Below are positions 43,697-52,062 of a stretch of DNA of 64,000 bases, one piece after another. The stretch covers positions 704,001-768,000 of the forward strand of contig CAWCAG010000007.1 of the NCBI GenBank assembly GCA_963793425.1. The letters are read 5' to 3'. The notes under the pieces are model-generated. The model saw only the letters and a program-made list of their open reading frames with translations, ran no database searches and had not been told where the DNA came from. Origin of the DNA: an uncultured cyanobacterium (GTDB lineage: Bacteria > Cyanobacteriota > Cyanobacteriia > Cyanobacteriales > CAWCAG01). The translations under genes were made by a program, and so were the position numbers. How positions within the stretch are numbered: the stretch's first letter is position 1; every line of letters starts with the position of its first letter.

Positions 43697-45277
43697 CTAA
43701 AGCGTTACCGTATAGGCATCCCGTATACCAGGAACTTTAGTGATTTCTGCTAAAATGCCCTCTGGTAAAGGATCATCCAAGCTCAAAGCCATCACAGCAT
43801 CCCCTCGGACAATTTTTCTGCCTACTTGCATACTGGCAATATTGACATTAAAACTGCCTAATAAAGAGCCGATCTTACCAATAATTCCTGGCATATCTCG
43901 GTGCAATGTGAACAACATATTGTCGCTAGGAGGAACATTGATGGGAAATTCATCAAGATTAGTAATTCGCATTTCTCCATCAGCTAATAATACCCCAGTA
44001 ACGGAATGTTCCCCTAAAGAGCCAAGGGCAGACAAATGGAGGGAACCAGAATAGTCTCGCACTTCAGCATCTCTGGTTTCAATAATTCTAATGCCTCGCT
44101 CTTTAGCTTCAATGCCCGCATTAACGTAGTTTACGCGCTCTCGCAAAGCTTGGGATAATAAACCTTTGAGAGACGCTATAACTAGAGGCTGACTTTGATT
44201 AGAAGCTAATTCTCCTTGCAAGTTCACCTTCAAAGATTCAATCCTGCCCCCGGCTAATTGTCCTACCAATTTACCGAGAGTTTCTGCTAATTGTAAGTAA
44301 GGACGTAACTTTTCCAGGACATCAGGGCTAAGTCCAGGAATATTCACCGCAGAACGGGCTGGAAGCCCCAAGAGGACATCGCGAATTTGCTCTGCAACAT
44401 CCATAGCTACGTTTACCTGTGCTTCTGTTGTTGAGGCTCCTAGATGGGGGGTGAGAATAACGTTAGAACTAAATTCCCTTAAAAGAGATTCTCCTAAAGG
44501 CTCTTCCTCAAAAACATCCAACGCTGCCCCAGCAATCGTTTCTGCCCTCAAAGCTTCCGCTAAAGCCACTTCATCAATAATACCGCCACGGGAACAGTTA
44601 ATGATCCGAGCATTAGGCTTCATTTTGCCTAAAGTTTCAGCGTTGATTAAATGAGTAGTTTCTTTGGTTTTAGGAACATGGAGAGTTATATAGTCCGCTT
44701 CAGAGAATAATAAATTCAAATCTACCAAACGGCAATTTAACTGTTCTGCTCTTTCAGCAGAAATAAAGGGATCGAAAGCCAGTAATTTCATGCCCATCGC
44801 CCGCGCAGCAGCAGCTACATGGGAACCAATTTTGCCTAAACCAACGATACCCAAAGTCTTTTTGTAGACTTCCGAACCAATAAAGCGTTTACGTTCCCAC
44901 TTACCACTTTTAACGGATTGGTTAGCGGAGGGAACCATCCGCGACAAAGACAGCATCATTGCTAAGGCGTGTTCAGCAGCAGCGATAGTGTTACCTTCTG
45001 GGGAATTAACTACCACAATACCTTGACGAGTTGCCGCAGGAATGTTGATATTATCAACCCCAACTCCGGCACGCCCAATAATTTTGAGGTTATTACTAGC
45101 TTCGATAACCTCTTGGGTTACCTTTGTGCCAGAACGAATCATTAAAGCATCATATTCTGGAATAGTTTTAACCAATTCTTCCGGAGATAAACCAAGTTTG
45201 ACATCAACTTGGGCAACTTGGGAGAGAATATCAATTCCAGCTTGATCGATTGAGTCAGAAACAAGAACCTTCGACAT
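43697..45277 (-). CDS. serA: D-3-phosphoglycerate dehydrogenase
   Basis: IRSGTKV, GRAGVGVDN, GLGKIG, TPHLGAST, C-terminal ACT domain; ATG at 45277 preferred. Confidence 0.97.
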   Translation of the reverse strand: MSKVLVSDSIDQAGIDILSQVAQVDVKLGLSPEELVKTIPEYDALMIRSGTKVTQEVIEASNNLKIIGRAGVGVDNINIPAATRQGIVVVNSPEGNTIAAAEHALAMMLSLSRMVPSANQSVKSGKWERKRFIGSEVYKKTLGIVGLGKIGSHVAAAARAMGMKLLAFDPFISAERAEQLNCRLVDLNLLFSEADYITLHVPKTKETTHLINAETLGKMKPNARIINCSRGGIIDEVALAEALRAETIAGAALDVFEEEPLGESLLREFSSNVILTPHLGASTTEAQVNVAMDVAEQIRDVLLGLPARSAVNIPGLSPDVLEKLRPYLQLAETLGKLVGQLAGGRIESLKVNLQGELASNQSQPLVIASLKGLLSQALRERVNYVNAGIEAKERGIRIIETRDAEVRDYSGSLHLSALGSLGEHSVTGVLLADGEMRITNLDEFPINVPPSDNMLFTLHRDMPGIIGKIGSLLGSFNVNIASMQVGRKIVRGDAVMALSLDDPLPEGILAEITKVPGIRDAYTVTL

Positions 45278-45496
45278 ATTACCTAGACGGGTTGAGAGCA
45301 AGTTGTGTACAGTTTTTTTCAAGTTACTCTAATAACTTGAACAAGAGAAAGCCAAAATGTAAGTTGAAGATCAAAAAACCGCAGCAATAGCACATTTTCC
45401 CATCTCAATGCCCCCTTGAGATGAGATGATAGTCCTTGTTATGCTTCTAACACAATATTTTCTCGTCGTTGGGCTTCTCAAGGATTATTAAAAAGT

Positions 45497-46000
45497 ATGA
45501 ACTATCTCGTTGCTGTACTACCAGATCGCTTGGAGGCAGAAGAAGCCTACACTGTCTTAGAAAAAGCTGGTTTTTCTTCCCAGGCAGTTAGTATCTTGGG
45601 GAGAGGTTACAAAAGTGCTGATGAATTTGGCTTTCTTAACCCCAACACTCAAGCAAAAAAAAGAGCGCGGCTTATGGCAGTTTGGGTAGTGCCTTTTGGC
45701 TTTGCTGCTGGCTTTGCTTTTAACTCCATCACTAAAATTGATATCGTCAGCGGCATTGGAAATTTAGGCAATCATGTTATCGGTGGCATCTTCGGTGCGA
45801 TCGCCGGAGCAATGGGTAGCGTTTTCGTTGGCGGTGGAGTAGGTTTATCATTAGGAAGCGGCGACGCACTACCCTACCGCAATCGTCTTAATGAGGGCAA
45901 ATATCTCATTGTTGTCCAAGGTACAGAACAAAAAGTCGATGGCTCAGTATCTATTTTGCAGAAATTTAACCCAGAGGAGATGCAGGGATATAGTGATTAG
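45497..46000 (+). CDS. Conserved cyanobacterial membrane protein (glycine-zipper)
   Basis: Two Gly-rich TM segments; YRNRLNEGKYLIVV. Confidence 0.75.
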   Translation: MNYLVAVLPDRLEAEEAYTVLEKAGFSSQAVSILGRGYKSADEFGFLNPNTQAKKRARLMAVWVVPFGFAAGFAFNSITKIDIVSGIGNLGNHVIGGIFGAIAGAMGSVFVGGGVGLSLGSGDALPYRNRLNEGKYLIVVQGTEQKVDGSVSILQKFNPEEMQGYSD

Positions 46001-46005
46001 GAGAT

Positions 46006-46056
46006 GGGGATCTGGGGAGCTGGGGAGCTAGGGAGCTGGGGAGCTGGGGAGTTAGG
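46006..46056. repeat. Nonamer tandem repeat (GGGGAGCTG-like)
   Basis: About five degenerate copies in the intergenic region. Confidence 0.75.
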
Positions 46057-46120
46057 AAGAAAACTAACTACAATCATTGATAAATGTTAAATGTTAAATG
46101 AAAAGATGTTAAATGAAAAG

Positions 46121-46900
46121 ATGTTACCTAGAGAAGAACTATTAAAAGGAGTTGAAGATCGCGAGAGTATTGCTCGTGTTCTTGATTTAGCTGAACGTTC
46201 TGTTAAAAATTGGGAAATCTCCTTAACTAATTTTTTATCTCCTCCTGCTTTAGCAGAAGTAGAACGCATTTTTAATCGCTTAACAGAAGTACAAATGGTG
46301 GTTTGGGGTGGGTATCCTCAAGCAGAACGACAAAGAGTAGGTATAGCCCGTGAAGAAGTTCCCCCTGATATTAGTCAGGTTGAGCTACAAGTCCTCGATA
46401 TTGCCGGAAACTTCCTTTTTGACCCAGCTAACCACCGAGACTTTTTAGGAGCTATTTTGGGTACAGGAGTAGTTAGAGAAAAAGTAGGGGACATCATCGT
46501 TTTGGGAGAACGAGGGGCCCAAGTTGTTGTTGTACCAGAATTGGGAGAATTTTTGGAAACGGCTTTAATGCAAGTACGCTCTGTCCCTGTTAAAACGAAA
46601 CGGATTGAACTGAATGAACTTAAGATTAGACCCCCGAAAAAGAAAGAATTAACTACCGTAGAAGCTTCTTTGCGTTTAGATGCGATCGCCTCTGCGGGTT
46701 TGGGTCTGTCTCGTAGTAAGATGGCTGAAGCGATTAGTTCTGGAGATGTGCGGGTTAACTGGAAAGATATCAAACAACCCAGTCATAATGTCGAATCAGG
46801 AGACTTGATTTCTGTACGAGGTAAAGGGCGTTTGGAAGTGGGAGATGTGACGATAACGAAGAAAAAGCGCTATAGAGTTAATTTAGTGCGTTTCAAGTGA
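46121..46900 (+). CDS. Photosystem II S4-domain (YlmH/Sll1252-like) RNA-binding protein
   Basis: GGYPQAERQR, GNFLFDPA.HRDFLGA, EASLRLDAIASAG..SRSK, S4 domain. The upstream ATGs belong to a 15-bp duplication. Confidence 0.92.
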   Translation: MLPREELLKGVEDRESIARVLDLAERSVKNWEISLTNFLSPPALAEVERIFNRLTEVQMVVWGGYPQAERQRVGIAREEVPPDISQVELQVLDIAGNFLFDPANHRDFLGAILGTGVVREKVGDIIVLGERGAQVVVVPELGEFLETALMQVRSVPVKTKRIELNELKIRPPKKKELTTVEASLRLDAIASAGLGLSRSKMAEAISSGDVRVNWKDIKQPSHNVESGDLISVRGKGRLEVGDVTITKKKRYRVNLVRFK

Positions 46901-46923
46901 TAGATGCAACCAGCGGAACTTTG

Positions 46924-47520
46924 TTAAAAAACGTTTTCTTCCTGGAGAACTTTGTTACCCTGCATAACTGTTAAGGCTGCACCATTAACGATGTAAGTAT
47001 AATCTCCATTTTCAGCGACATAACCTGTTCCCTCTTCAGTGTAAGCAGGAAGATTGATGAAGCTACTATCCTTTTTGCTAACGCCGTGGTAATAAAGTCT
47101 ATCAATGTCACAAATATAAATGTAGAAGTTTTTCGTTTCATAGAAAGCAACTTGAGGCCCTCCTCCGGCTCGATCTGGGCAAAATTCCGAGCTTGCTGAG
47201 GCTGTTGTTTTTTGTGGGGTTACTTTTTGGGCTACTGGGGAGGGTATAGGGGCTGGTATAGAGGCTTTCTGAGGTGCGGGGGCAGATGCGGGTGCGGGCG
47301 CTGTTTGTGTGGCTGGTGTGGCTGGTGCGGGTACGGCTGCTTGATTAGTTGGGGAAGGAGATTCTTGGGCTTCTTGAACTTCTTGTGTTGCTTCTGTTGC
47401 TTCTGTTTGAATAGCAGCTTGTTGCGGAGCATCAGGTTTGCTCATTACAAAACCCATAATAACAGCAGCGCCGATTAATCCACCAGCGATGAGACTACCG
47501 AGAATGATATTTTTGTTCAT
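46924..47520 (-). CDS. Secreted or membrane-anchored protein with Pro/Ala linker and one C..YETK.F...C domain
   Basis: N-terminal hydrophobic segment, PAPA linker, domain shared with the adjacent gene. Confidence 0.75.
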   Translation of the reverse strand: MNKNIILGSLIAGGLIGAAVIMGFVMSKPDAPQQAAIQTEATEATQEVQEAQESPSPTNQAAVPAPATPATQTAPAPASAPAPQKASIPAPIPSPVAQKVTPQKTTASASSEFCPDRAGGGPQVAFYETKNFYIYICDIDRLYYHGVSKKDSSFINLPAYTEEGTGYVAENGDYTYIVNGAALTVMQGNKVLQEENVF

Positions 47521-47575
47521 TTTTTTGATTTAATTGAGTTACTTGGTGATTATGACTTGGGTTTTCCCCAAAAGC

Positions 47576-48355
47576 TTATAAGACAGGTTGAGAAAGGATT
47601 TCTTTACCATTATCTAGCACAGTTAAGGAAGAGTCGTTGATGATGTAAGTTATCTTGCCGTTAGCTGCCACGTAACCTGCACCATTGCGATAGGTAGCAG
47701 GTAAAGTTATGGCATTACCATTCTTTTTATCAACACCGTGGTAGAAAATTTCTCCATCCCCGCCACAGAGATAAACATTAAATCCTTTAGTTTCATAGGA
47801 TTCAATTTGAGGTGTTCCCCCAGCAGCATCGGGGCAATAAGCTTGAGTATTTTCAGTTTCTGAATCTGAGGCAGAAATGACAGCTTGGTTAAGGATTTCC
47901 TTGCCGTTATCTAATACAGTTAGGGAAGATTCGTTGATGATGTAAGTCGTTTTGCCATTAACTGCTACATAACCTGCGCCGTTGCGATAAGTTGCAGGTA
48001 AAGTTATCGCATTACTACTCTTTTTATCAACGCCGTTGTAGTAAATATCGCCATCTCTGCCGCAAATAGAAACTTCAAAGCCTTTGGTTTCATAATAAGC
48101 AATAGTTGGTCTTGCGCCCACTGCGTTGGTACAAACTTCTGTTTCTGTTTGGCTAACGCTGTTACTAGCAACATTTTCCTGTGCAGATGTAGAAGCAGCA
48201 GGGGCAGGAGATTCTTGAGTTGTGGTAGTATTTGCTTCTTCTGTAGTTGCTGGTTCTACTACCTGTTCCGAGGTTGTATTACCGCAACAAGTAAGCAAGG
48301 AAATACAAATGAATCCTCCTGCTAAGAGACTACCGAAAATAATCTTTTTGTTCAT
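47576..48355 (-). CDS. Lipoprotein with two tandem copies of the same domain
   Basis: LLTCCG lipobox-like; duplicated YETKGF...AITLPATYRNGAGYVA.NGK.TYIIN..SLTVLDNGKEIL. Confidence 0.78.
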   Translation of the reverse strand: MNKKIIFGSLLAGGFICISLLTCCGNTTSEQVVEPATTEEANTTTTQESPAPAASTSAQENVASNSVSQTETEVCTNAVGARPTIAYYETKGFEVSICGRDGDIYYNGVDKKSSNAITLPATYRNGAGYVAVNGKTTYIINESSLTVLDNGKEILNQAVISASDSETENTQAYCPDAAGGTPQIESYETKGFNVYLCGGDGEIFYHGVDKKNGNAITLPATYRNGAGYVAANGKITYIINDSSLTVLDNGKEILSQPVL

Positions 48356-48468
48356 ATGGATGAGCTTCCAGATTGATGATTCTTACTTTCAAGCTTCTAC
48401 AAAAACTCATAAGAGTTTTCCGCAAGTACTCTCCGAAATTGGCTGTATTGTTTCAGGTATTTTCAATG

Positions 48469-48762
48469 TCAAAAGCTTACAACTTCGTAATGTTCCACTG
48501 TTGGGAATGGTTCATAAAAATGATGTAGCAAAGAACGCCATTGTTGATACTCCGGCGACTGTCGAAAGCCAATTGTATGATCTTCCAACTTTTGCCAGCA
48601 TACAAGCAGAATATATCGGTTGGCTGTTTCTATACAACGCTGAAGTTCGTGGGAAATGTATCCCGGCATCGAAGCAATGATATTTGAGGCAGTTTTAAAA
48701 GCAGTTTCAAATTCAGCACTCAAACTGGGTTTGATATTGAGAATAGCAACTTCTAAGATCAT
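48469..48762 (-). CDS. Antibiotic biosynthesis monooxygenase (ABM) family protein
   Basis: MILEVAIL, GYISHEL.RC.E, Y.LLV.W..LEDH..GFR.S.EY..W..LLHHFY.PFP.VEHY; ATGA overlap with the upstream gene. Confidence 0.9.
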   Translation of the reverse strand: MILEVAILNIKPSLSAEFETAFKTASNIIASMPGYISHELQRCIETANRYILLVCWQKLEDHTIGFRQSPEYQQWRSLLHHFYEPFPTVEHYEVVSF

Positions 48763-49307
48763 GATTGAATATTCAATAAAAGTAACTGGCATAAAAACTC
48801 TGCGGCGGTGCAACGAGAGCGACATCCGGGGGCAGAAAGACACCATCCTTGAATCTTCTGGGGCGATCGCCAAAGTTCTAAATGTTCTACCCCTGGATCA
48901 GCATAAAAACTCTCTTCTCCTCCCCCCAACAAAGCAGAACTCCAGTGGGTAAAATAATCATGGCTAAGGCGATAAATTGGGAAATTTCCCCATAGGGGCA
49001 TCCCCCAGCCATCCAAGGCGATGAAAGCTTGTATTACCCCACCCTCATTTTGCCAGGTTTGAGCAGCCCCAAATGCTCCCACAACCCCGGCACTGAAGGA
49101 AATCAATACAATCGGTGAAGCGGTTTTAGGTAAACCGAAGTGAGTTTTTAAAAACTCCTCAATGTTTTTAGTTGAGTAAGCAGGATAGTTTTGGGTAGGA
49201 AAGACTACTGCATTTACCCATAAATCAGGTTTTGATTGCTCTAACCCTCGCAAAAAACTAGCTGTTAACTGAGGAGAGTGAATTCCTGGACAGATAGCTA
49301 TATTCAT
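48759..49307 (-). CDS. Cyanobacterial alpha/beta-hydrolase-like hypothetical protein
   Basis: CPGIH, ISFSAGVVGA, ALDGWG.PL, SHDYFTHWSS, HLELWRSP. ATG at 49307; the longer ORF runs through an STRR repeat. Confidence 0.75.
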   Translation of the reverse strand: MNIAICPGIHSPQLTASFLRGLEQSKPDLWVNAVVFPTQNYPAYSTKNIEEFLKTHFGLPKTASPIVLISFSAGVVGAFGAAQTWQNEGGVIQAFIALDGWGMPLWGNFPIYRLSHDYFTHWSSALLGGGEESFYADPGVEHLELWRSPQKIQGWCLSAPGCRSRCTAAEFLCQLLLLNIQS

Positions 49308-49345
49308 ACCAAATCGGTGTTGAGTCGCATAACTTAATTTATTAG

Positions 49346-49386
49346 GGTAGGGAGTAGGGAGTAGGGAGTAGGGAGCAGGGAGTAGG
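49346..49386. repeat. STRR heptamer tandem repeat (AGGGAGT)n
   Basis: About five to six copies. Confidence 0.85.
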
Positions 49387-49465
49387 CAGCAAGGGTTAAA
49401 AACTTTATTGATCAAATTCTCCAATAAGTAGTCCAATATTGGTAGGCTGTTAAACTGCAATTCCC

Positions 49466-51364
49466 TTACTTTCTCAAATCCCGAAACTGAGAATTTTTTA
49501 CTTTAGCAAGACTAAGATTAGTATCACAAAGATTTGTACCACTCAAATTAACTTCATCGAAGATTGTATCCTTAAGGTTTGCTTCAGCTAGGTTTGCACC
49601 AATCAGACTAGCTTTTTTGAACTTTGCTCCTGTTAAGTTCGCCCCCTTAAGATTGGCATAGTGTAGTTTAGTTTTGTACAATAGGGCATTTTCTAAGTTA
49701 GCCCCTTCAATGTTAGCGTTGCTTAAGTTAGCATTACTCAAATCTGCATTACTCAAATCTGCATTGCTTAAATTCGCCTTGCTTAAATCCGCAGCATCTA
49801 AGCTGGCATGATGCAAACTACTATGGTTTAAATTAGTGCCTAAGAGAGTGGCACGGCGCAGCTTGGCATTGTTTAATTGAGCATAACTCAAATTAGCCTG
49901 ATTTAGTTCCGCACGACGTAAGTCTGCACCGTTGAGTTTAGCAGAACTTAAATCAGTTTTGTGCATACGAGCAATGGTTAACTGAGCGCCTTCAAGCACA
50001 GCAAAGCTTAAGTTAGCTTCGCTTAATTTGCCCAGCCTCAAGTCAGCATTACGAAAGTCCTTTTCTCTTAAATCAGCTTTGCGATAGTCTCTACCTTTTA
50101 GTTGGGGAAAGATACGATAACTATTTTTTTCTGGATTAGTTTTTACTAAGTTATACTCAATATTTTCAGCATAAATAGCAAAGACAAGCTCAAAGGTTTC
50201 TAGGAAACGAATAAAGCTTTGACATTCTTCTTCAGGAAGGTATTCGTGGTACTTAATTAAACGAGCGATGTTAAGCTCAATTTTACTTTGTACTTGCTGG
50301 CAAATTAGAACTATTTTCAGCAGGGTAATGGTTATTGCCATACTGCCATTTTGAATGAGCAGCAAAGTAAAAAGATAGGAAGGTGTTTCTCCATCTTCTG
50401 TCATCAATAGAGCAACTAATTTTTCACAGGTACGCAACAATAACTGAGAATTCAAAGAGTCGTGATCGCGCCTTTCATAAAGCTTGTCTAAATAACTAGC
50501 AATTTTCTCTTCTAAGGTTTTTCCTGATTCTCCTTTTTTCAAAGAAAAATTGAGATATCTTTTCAGAGCTTGCTTAAAATTGTAATAGGTTAAATTTTGG
50601 GTTTGCTTTAAGAAGATACGAGCATAATTTTCATAGCTAAATTTAGCTTTGGTTTTAAAGAGTTTCTTTAATAGCCTATTTTTCCTCGCATCTTTTTTAC
50701 TTACATCAGTCTGAGTCTTTTTATGAAAACGGCTGGCGTAGCGAGAAAGTTCTAAATTGAATTTATTTTTTAAAGTAATTGCTAAATTCTTCGCCGCTTC
50801 CCTTTGTTCCTGAGATTTATTAAGATCGAGATATTGGGGAGCTAACAAATGAGCAGTATAATGGCTTAGCCAATGAGAACTATGCTCAGAAGTGAATATT
50901 TTTAGTTCTTGATAACTTTCGCTTTTGACAAACTCACCCAACCAAACCCTTAATAAATTCTGACTAGAAGAACGCGGGGCCGGTAAAGATTTTAAGTTTT
51001 CAAAAAGCTGCATCAACTGTTGTAAGCATTGATGTTTGTGATTAATGTTCCAGTTATTGACAATAATATAACAAACGCGCTTCAGAGTATTAATAAACTC
51101 TTCTTTGTGATAAGCATTAAAGATAATTTCCCGTAAAGAGGCTATTAAAGTTAAATCAGTAGTTTTTTCTCGATCTCCCCAAAAGAATAAATCCTCAAAA
51201 TACTGTAGGGTAGTTTCGGGAAGATCGTGGTTAACCGAATCGCGAAAAAACTGATAAATATATTTTTGAGCTTTGTCTAAATTTGCTGGAGTTGCTTTAT
51301 TTTGATTAAAAGTAGAATTATCCTCAACAGTAGCAGCATCAAACGGAAGATTATCTGGACTCAT
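49466..51364 (-). CDS. Pentapeptide-repeat protein with large helical N-terminal domain
   Basis: About 200 aa of A(D/N)Lxx repeats at the C-terminus; about 420-aa N-terminal region with F.NTLKR.CYI.VNNW. Confidence 0.88.
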   Translation of the reverse strand: MSPDNLPFDAATVEDNSTFNQNKATPANLDKAQKYIYQFFRDSVNHDLPETTLQYFEDLFFWGDREKTTDLTLIASLREIIFNAYHKEEFINTLKRVCYIIVNNWNINHKHQCLQQLMQLFENLKSLPAPRSSSQNLLRVWLGEFVKSESYQELKIFTSEHSSHWLSHYTAHLLAPQYLDLNKSQEQREAAKNLAITLKNKFNLELSRYASRFHKKTQTDVSKKDARKNRLLKKLFKTKAKFSYENYARIFLKQTQNLTYYNFKQALKRYLNFSLKKGESGKTLEEKIASYLDKLYERRDHDSLNSQLLLRTCEKLVALLMTEDGETPSYLFTLLLIQNGSMAITITLLKIVLICQQVQSKIELNIARLIKYHEYLPEEECQSFIRFLETFELVFAIYAENIEYNLVKTNPEKNSYRIFPQLKGRDYRKADLREKDFRNADLRLGKLSEANLSFAVLEGAQLTIARMHKTDLSSAKLNGADLRRAELNQANLSYAQLNNAKLRRATLLGTNLNHSSLHHASLDAADLSKANLSNADLSNADLSNANLSNANIEGANLENALLYKTKLHYANLKGANLTGAKFKKASLIGANLAEANLKDTIFDEVNLSGTNLCDTNLSLAKVKNSQFRDLRK

Positions 51365-51530
51365 TTCTCTATCTCAAGGTATAAATGCACCTTTTTCTTG
51401 TTAAGAAGCTAGCCTTTTTAGTCTAACTAAATTAGCAAATAATTAAATTGTGGTCAAATTTTGCTTGTTGTATAAAAACTTGTTTGTCTTGACTATAAGG
51501 CGATTCCCTTCTTCCTCAAATGCCACAAAA

Positions 51531-51800
51531 CTATTGATATGTTCTCCCGTTATGCTTAATCCATCCTCCCACATGACTCTGAGTCGGATCGTGATGAGTC
51601 CAGTGTATGATGCCGCCTTGAGCATTCCACTCATATTCACCAAAGAAGATAACAGAATCACCAACTTGAAGTGAGTTGATTCTAGAAGCTATGTCAATAT
51701 TATGGGCAATTAATAAGGTTTGTCCAGAACTAAGCTTAATAATAAATCGCTGGTGTTTACTACCATTAAGATCATCTGCAAGAAGTTTAGTAACAATTCC
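51531..51800 (-). pseudogene. 5'-truncated DUF3465-like gene
   Basis: Reads GIVTKLLADDLNGSKHQRFIIKLSSGQTLLIAHNIDIASRINSLQVGDSVIFFGEYEWNAQGGIIHWTHHDPTQSHVGGWIKHNGRTYQ*; in-frame TAA just upstream and no start codon at its 5' end. Confidence 0.75.
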
Positions 51801-51832
51801 TAACCTTTATTGTTCCCAGCGAAAAGCAATTT

Positions 51833-51988
51833 TTAATTAAGTTCTGCTTTAGAGAAAGCTTCTTCTGGTGAGTCGGCACGAACGAGAGTAATGTTAACAT
51901 GAATAACATTGCGTGAATCTCCCTCAATTTTGCACTCCATTATTAGTTCGGCAAGATACCATTTAGCATCTTGGGGAATGTAGGTCAT
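51833..51988 (-). pseudogene. 3'-truncated DUF4288-like gene (51 aa)
   Basis: MTYIPQDAKWYLAELIMECKIEGDSRNVIHVNITLVRADSPEEAFSKAELN* ends right after the LVRA.S.EEA..KA motif. Confidence 0.6.
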
Positions 51989-52062
51989 TTTGGTTGTTGT
52001 CAGTGTTCAAGTTTATGAGAATTGATTTTGGTTGTTATTTTAGGAGGTGTCTATACTAACAG

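Noticed and set aside
45401..45423. Inverted repeat CATCTCAA/TTGAGATG between the divergent serA and 45497 genes
   Set aside because: It could be an operator or hairpin, but it is a single 8-bp stem with no further support.
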